Origin: a virus
Lineage: Duplodnaviria; Heunggongvirae; Uroviricota; Caudoviricetes
DNA: 10,342 bases
Direction: 5' to 3' (one strand)
Virus record (IMG/VR): IMGVR_UViG_2663763154_000010
Each line of letters opens with the position of its first letter. Position 1 is the first letter of the stretch. Positions 7,262-10,342 of the stretch are shown here, piece after piece. Under the pieces are notes generated by a model. It did not search any database. It worked only from the letters and a program-made list of their open reading frames with translations, and was not told the origin of the DNA. The position numbers and the translations under genes were made by a program.

Positions 7262-7741
7262 ATGATGCTCGCGTTAGGTATGTTTGTTTTTATGCGCCAG
7301 ACGCTGCCACACCAGACCATGCAGCGTGAATCAGATTATCGCTGGCCGTCAAATTCCCGTATCGGTAAACGGGATGCCTTTCAGTTTCTCGGTGTTGGCG
7401 ATGAAAACATCACGCTTGCCGGTGTGCTTTATCCTGAACTGACCGGCGGAAAGCTGACGATGACCACGCTCAGGCTGATGGCAGAGGAAGGCCGGGCGTG
7501 GCCGTTGCTGGATGGCACCGGCATGATTTACGGCATGTATGTCATCAGCAAGGTGAGTGAAACAGGGAGTATTTTCTTTGCAGACGGCACACCCCGAAAA
7601 ATTGATTTTACGCTGTCGCTCACCCGTGTTGATGAATCACTGGCCGCGCTTTATGGCGATATCGGTAAACAGGCGGAATCGCTCATCGGTAAGGCTGGCA
7701 GTATGGCGGCTAAATTCACGGGTATGACGGGGGCGGAATAA
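7262..7741 (+). CDS. U: Tail protein U
   Basis: 159 aa with AGGAGG RBS. The sequence MMLALGMFVFMRQTLPHQTMQRESDYRWPSNSRIGKRDAFQF matches P2 gpU. Its stop overlaps the D start (TAATG). Confidence 0.95.
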   Translation: MMLALGMFVFMRQTLPHQTMQRESDYRWPSNSRIGKRDAFQFLGVGDENITLAGVLYPELTGGKLTMTTLRLMAEEGRAWPLLDGTGMIYGMYVISKVSETGSIFFADGTPRKIDFTLSLTRVDESLAALYGDIGKQAESLIGKAGSMAAKFTGMTGAE

Positions 7742-8904
7742 TGCTGGATGCGCGGACATTTTATGCAGGCAGTACGCTGACGCCGGATTACATGCTGATG
7801 CTCGACAGCAGGGATATTACCGGCAATATCAGCGACCGTCTGATGAGCATGACCCTGACGGATAACCGGGGCTTTGAGGCTGACCAGCTTGATATTGAAC
7901 TGAACGATGCCGACGGGCAGGTCGGGCTGCCGGTTCGTGGCGCTGTCCTGACGGTGTATATCGGCTGGAAAGGTTTTGCCCTGGTATGCAAAGGGAAATT
8001 TACCGTTGATGAGGTTGAACACCGGGGCGCGCCGGATGTGGTCACCATCCGTGCCCGGAGTGCAGATTTTCGCGGGACGCTCAATTCCCGCCGGGAAGGC
8101 TCATGGCATGACACCACGCTCGGTGCGATTGTTGAGGCGATAGCCTCCCGTAACAGGCTGGAAGCCAGTGTCGCTCCGTCACTGGCAGGAATTAAAATCC
8201 CGCACATCGACCAGTCGCAGGAGTCTGATGCGAAATTCCTGACCCGTCTTGCAGAACGCAACGGCGGTGAGGTCTCGGTAAAAATGGGAAAACTGTTGTT
8301 TCTCAAAGCGGGGCAGGGGGTGACGGCCAGTGGTAAAAAAATCCCGCAGATTACCATCACCCGCAGCGACGGCGACCGTCATCATTTTGCGATTGCTGAC
8401 CGTGGAGCTTACACCGGCGTAACGGCAAAGTGGTTACACACCAAAGACCCGAAGCCGCAAAAGCAGAAGGTAAAACTGAAACGCAAAAAGAAAGAGAAAC
8501 ACCTGCGCGCACTGGAGCACCCGAAAGCGAAACCGGTCACGCAGAAGAAAGCGCCAAAAGTACCGGAAGCGCGCGAAGGTGAATACATGGCCGGTGAGGC
8601 TGACAACGTTTTTGCACTGACCACGGTATATGCCACGAAAGCACAGGCCATGCGCGCCGCTCAGGCGAAGTGGGACAAACTGCAACGGGGTGTGGCGGAG
8701 TTCTCCATCAGCCTGGCTACCGGTCGGGCAGATATTTACACGGAAACACCGGTTAAAGTGTCAGGCTTTAAGCGCGTCATAGACGAGCAGGACTGGACAA
8801 TCACTAAGGTGACACATTTTCTGAATAATAGCGGCTTCACGACGTCCTTAGAGCTTGAGGTCAGGCTTTCTGATGTGGAGTACGAAACAGAAGATGATGA
8901 GTGA
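7741..8904 (+). CDS. D: Tail protein D (late control gene D family)
   Basis: 387 aa, the same length as P2 gpD. Translationally coupled to U. Contains the family's Lys-rich low-complexity linker (KPQKQKVKLKRKKKEKHLRALEHPKAKPVTQKKAPK). Confidence 0.95.
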   Translation: MLDARTFYAGSTLTPDYMLMLDSRDITGNISDRLMSMTLTDNRGFEADQLDIELNDADGQVGLPVRGAVLTVYIGWKGFALVCKGKFTVDEVEHRGAPDVVTIRARSADFRGTLNSRREGSWHDTTLGAIVEAIASRNRLEASVAPSLAGIKIPHIDQSQESDAKFLTRLAERNGGEVSVKMGKLLFLKAGQGVTASGKKIPQITITRSDGDRHHFAIADRGAYTGVTAKWLHTKDPKPQKQKVKLKRKKKEKHLRALEHPKAKPVTQKKAPKVPEAREGEYMAGEADNVFALTTVYATKAQAMRAAQAKWDKLQRGVAEFSISLATGRADIYTETPVKVSGFKRVIDEQDWTITKVTHFLNNSGFTTSLELEVRLSDVEYETEDDE

Positions 8905-8922
8905 TGTGATTTATTTATCTAT

Positions 8923-8951
8923 TTGTTTTGTAAAGATAAATTAACTAAAAT
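8923..8951 (+). promoter_or_regulatory. Putative sigma70-type promoter for ogr
   Basis: TTGTTT (8923-8928), a 17-bp spacer, then TAAAAT (8946-8951), about 35 nt upstream of the ogr ATG. The -35 hexamer is weak, so this is a by-eye call. Confidence 0.3.
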
Positions 8952-8985
8952 GGCAACATCAACAAAACCGGAAGAGGTGCTCGCG

Positions 8986-9204
8986 ATGTTTCATTGTCCT
9001 TTATGCCAGCATGCCGCACATGCGCGTACAAGCCGCTATATCACTGACACGACAAAAGAGCGTTATCACCAGTGTCAGAACGTGAATTGCAGCGCCACGT
9101 TCATCACCTATGAGTCGGTACAGAGATACATCGTGAAGCCGGGAGAAGTCCACGCCGTAAGGCCGCACCCGTTGCCGTCAGGGCAGCAAATTATGTGGAT
9201 GTGA
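8986..9204 (+). CDS. ogr: Ogr, zinc-finger transcriptional activator of late genes
   Basis: 72 aa starting MFHCPLCQHAAHARTSRYITDTTKERYHQCQNVNC, with the C-X2-C-X22-C-X4-C zinc-binding arrangement. GAGG lies 8 nt upstream of ATG 8986. The longer ORF from 8923 is an upstream in-frame extension, and 8923-8951 is better read as the promoter. Confidence 0.9.
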   Translation: MFHCPLCQHAAHARTSRYITDTTKERYHQCQNVNCSATFITYESVQRYIVKPGEVHAVRPHPLPSGQQIMWM

Positions 9205-9212
9205 TCACAAAA

Positions 9213-9240
9213 ATAGCCCCTCAGTTGAGGGGCTTTATTT
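9213..9240 (+). terminator. Rho-independent terminator after ogr
   Basis: Perfect 8-bp GC-rich stem AGCCCCTC (9215-9222) / GAGGGGCT (9227-9234) with a 4-nt loop, followed by TTATTT. Confidence 0.7.
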
Positions 9241-9247
9241 ATGGTCG

Positions 9248-9267
9248 ATGTGGACGCTATGTGGACA
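9248..9267 (+). repeat. Two direct repeats ATGTGGAC spaced 11 bp apart; candidate integrase arm-type binding sites
   Basis: ATGTGGAC at 9248-9255 and 9259-9266 (the second extends to TGTGGACA at 9260-9267), between the ogr terminator and host DNA, where the P' arm of a P2-type att site is expected. Confidence 0.4.
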
Positions 9268-9332
9268 GCGGTTGACATAAATCCATTTATATCATCAGGT
9301 TAGGTGCTTTTTTGTGACACCATCCCTGTCTT

Positions 9333-9358
9333 CCCCCACATGATGTGGGGTTTTTTTT
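9333..9358 (+). terminator. Rho-independent terminator, probably the host cpxP 3' UTR / CpxQ terminator
   Basis: Stem CCCCACA (9334-9340) / TGTGGGG (9344-9350) with a 3-nt loop, followed by T8 (9351-9358). Confidence 0.7.
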
Positions 9359-9439
9359 ATCCTCAATTTGCCTGCTGCTTAATGCATTGCAGATGATTTG
9401 CTTCCGTTATACTAGCGTCAGTTGATAGCGGGAGTATTT

Positions 9440-10342
9440 ATGAATCAATCTTATGGACGGCTGGTCAGTCGGGCGGCGATTGCTGCGACGGCGATGGCTT
9501 CGTTGCTATTGCTGATTAAAATTTTTGCATGGTGGTATACCGGGTCGGTGAGTATTCTCGCCGCGCTGGTGGATTCGCTGGTGGATATCGGCGCGTCGTT
9601 GACGAATTTACTGGTGGTGCGATATTCCCTGCAACCTGCCGACGATAATCACTCGTTTGGTCACGGTAAAGCTGAGTCCCTCGCGGCGCTGGCGCAAAGT
9701 ATGTTTATCTCCGGTTCGGCACTATTCCTGTTTTTGACGGGTATTCAACATCTGGTATCTCCAACACCGATGACAGATCCAGGCGTCGGGGTTATCGTGA
9801 CAATTGTGGCGCTAATTTGTACGATTATCCTTGTCTCGTTTCAGCGGTGGGTGGTGCGCCGGACGCAAAGCCAGGCGGTGCGGGCTGATATGCTACATTA
9901 CCAGTCTGATGTTATGATGAACGGCGCAATTCTGCTGGCGCTGGGGTTGTCTTGGTACGGCTGGCATCGCGCCGATGCTCTGTTTGCATTGGGAATCGGC
10001 ATCTATATTTTATATAGCGCGTTACGCATGGGATATGAGGCGGTACAGTCATTACTGGATCGCGCATTGCCTGATGAAGAACGGCAAGAAATTATTGATA
10101 TCGTGACTTCCTGGCCGGGTGTTAGCGGCGCTCACGATCTTCGCACGCGGCAGTCAGGGCCGACCCGCTTTATTCAGATTCATTTGGAAATGGAAGACTC
10201 TCTGCCTTTGGTTCAGGCACATATGGTGGCGGATCAGGTAGAGCAGGCTATTTTACGGCGTTTTCCGGGATCGGATGTGATTATCCATCAGGACCCCTGT
10301 TCCGTCGTACCCAGGGAGGGTAAACGGTCTATGCTTTCATAA
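9440..10342 (+). CDS. fieF: Cation diffusion facilitator family Fe2+/Zn2+ efflux transporter FieF (YiiP)
   Basis: 300 aa starting [59 protein letters not shown], recognised as E. coli FieF. GGGAG lies 5 nt upstream of ATG 9440. The ORF track start at 9422 is a TTG extension. Confidence 0.93.
   Translation: MNQSYGRLVSRAAIAATAMASLLLLIKIFAWWYTGSVSILAALVDSLVDIGASLTNLLVVRYSLQPADDNHSFGHGKAESLAALAQSMFISGSALFLFLTGIQHLVSPTPMTDPGVGVIVTIVALICTIILVSFQRWVVRRTQSQAVRADMLHYQSDVMMNGAILLALGLSWYGWHRADALFALGIGIYILYSALRMGYEAVQSLLDRALPDEERQEIIDIVTSWPGVSGAHDLRTRQSGPTRFIQIHLEMEDSLPLVQAHMVADQVEQAILRRFPGSDVIIHQDPCSVVPREGKRSMLS

Noticed and set aside
7788-8685. - strand ORFs inside gene D (7788-8360, 8179-8385, 8409-8651, 8434-8685)
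   Set aside because: Antisense to a conserved gpD reading frame; the Phe/Leu-rich ones are the complement of the Lys-rich linker. No independent support.
8923-8985. Upstream extension of the ogr ORF starting at 8923 (MFCKDKLTKMATSTKPEEVLA...)
   Set aside because: The extension is AT-rich, has no RBS, and overlaps the predicted ogr promoter. The conserved Ogr begins at MFHCPLCQ with a good RBS at 8974-8977.
9272-9300. Perfect -35 hexamer TTGACA at 9272-9277 as a possible promoter
   Set aside because: The nearest -10-like hexamers (TATATC at 9288, TATCAT at 9290) give spacers of only 10-12 bp, so it is unlikely to be functional as read. It may instead be part of the att/arm region.
9380-9415. 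Possible fieF promoter (TATACT at 9408-9413)
   Set aside because: No acceptably spaced -35 element was found by eye, so it is not listed as a feature.
9422-9439. TTG-initiated extension of fieF from 9422
   Set aside because: The known FieF N-terminus is MNQSYGRL, and the GGGAG RBS sits between the TTG and the ATG at 9440.
1-10342. CRISPR arrays, tRNA or rRNA genes, IS elements
   Set aside because: No regularly spaced direct repeats, no cloverleaf-compatible segments, and no transposase-like ORFs or terminal inverted repeats were seen apart from the invertible-segment sites.

Overview
This window is the right end of an integrated P2-like (Peduovirus-type) prophage and the host DNA beside it. 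From left to right: (i) the 3' end of the tail-fibre gene, embedded in a Gin/Hin/Pin-type invertible host-range segment of about 1.8 kb, which carries two alternative fibre C-termini and two tail-fibre assembly genes between 26-bp inverted crossover sites, with the serine DNA invertase gene immediately downstream; (ii) the conserved P2 tail operon FI (sheath), FII (tube), E with its -1 frameshift product E+E', T (tape measure), U and D; (iii) the zinc-finger late activator ogr with an intrinsic terminator; (iv) a putative prophage/host junction (attR side) of about 230 bp containing paired direct repeats and a second terminator; (v) the host cation-diffusion-facilitator gene fieF (yiiP), which places the insertion in the cpxP-fieF intergenic region of an Escherichia/Shigella-type chromosome. 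No rRNA, tRNA or CRISPR array is evident. Nothing here looks like a wholly new system; the most notable element is the invertible fibre switch, a known class sitting where classical P2 carries Z/fun. Everything rests on reading the sequence and the supplied ORF translations against remembered protein families, since no searches could be run.
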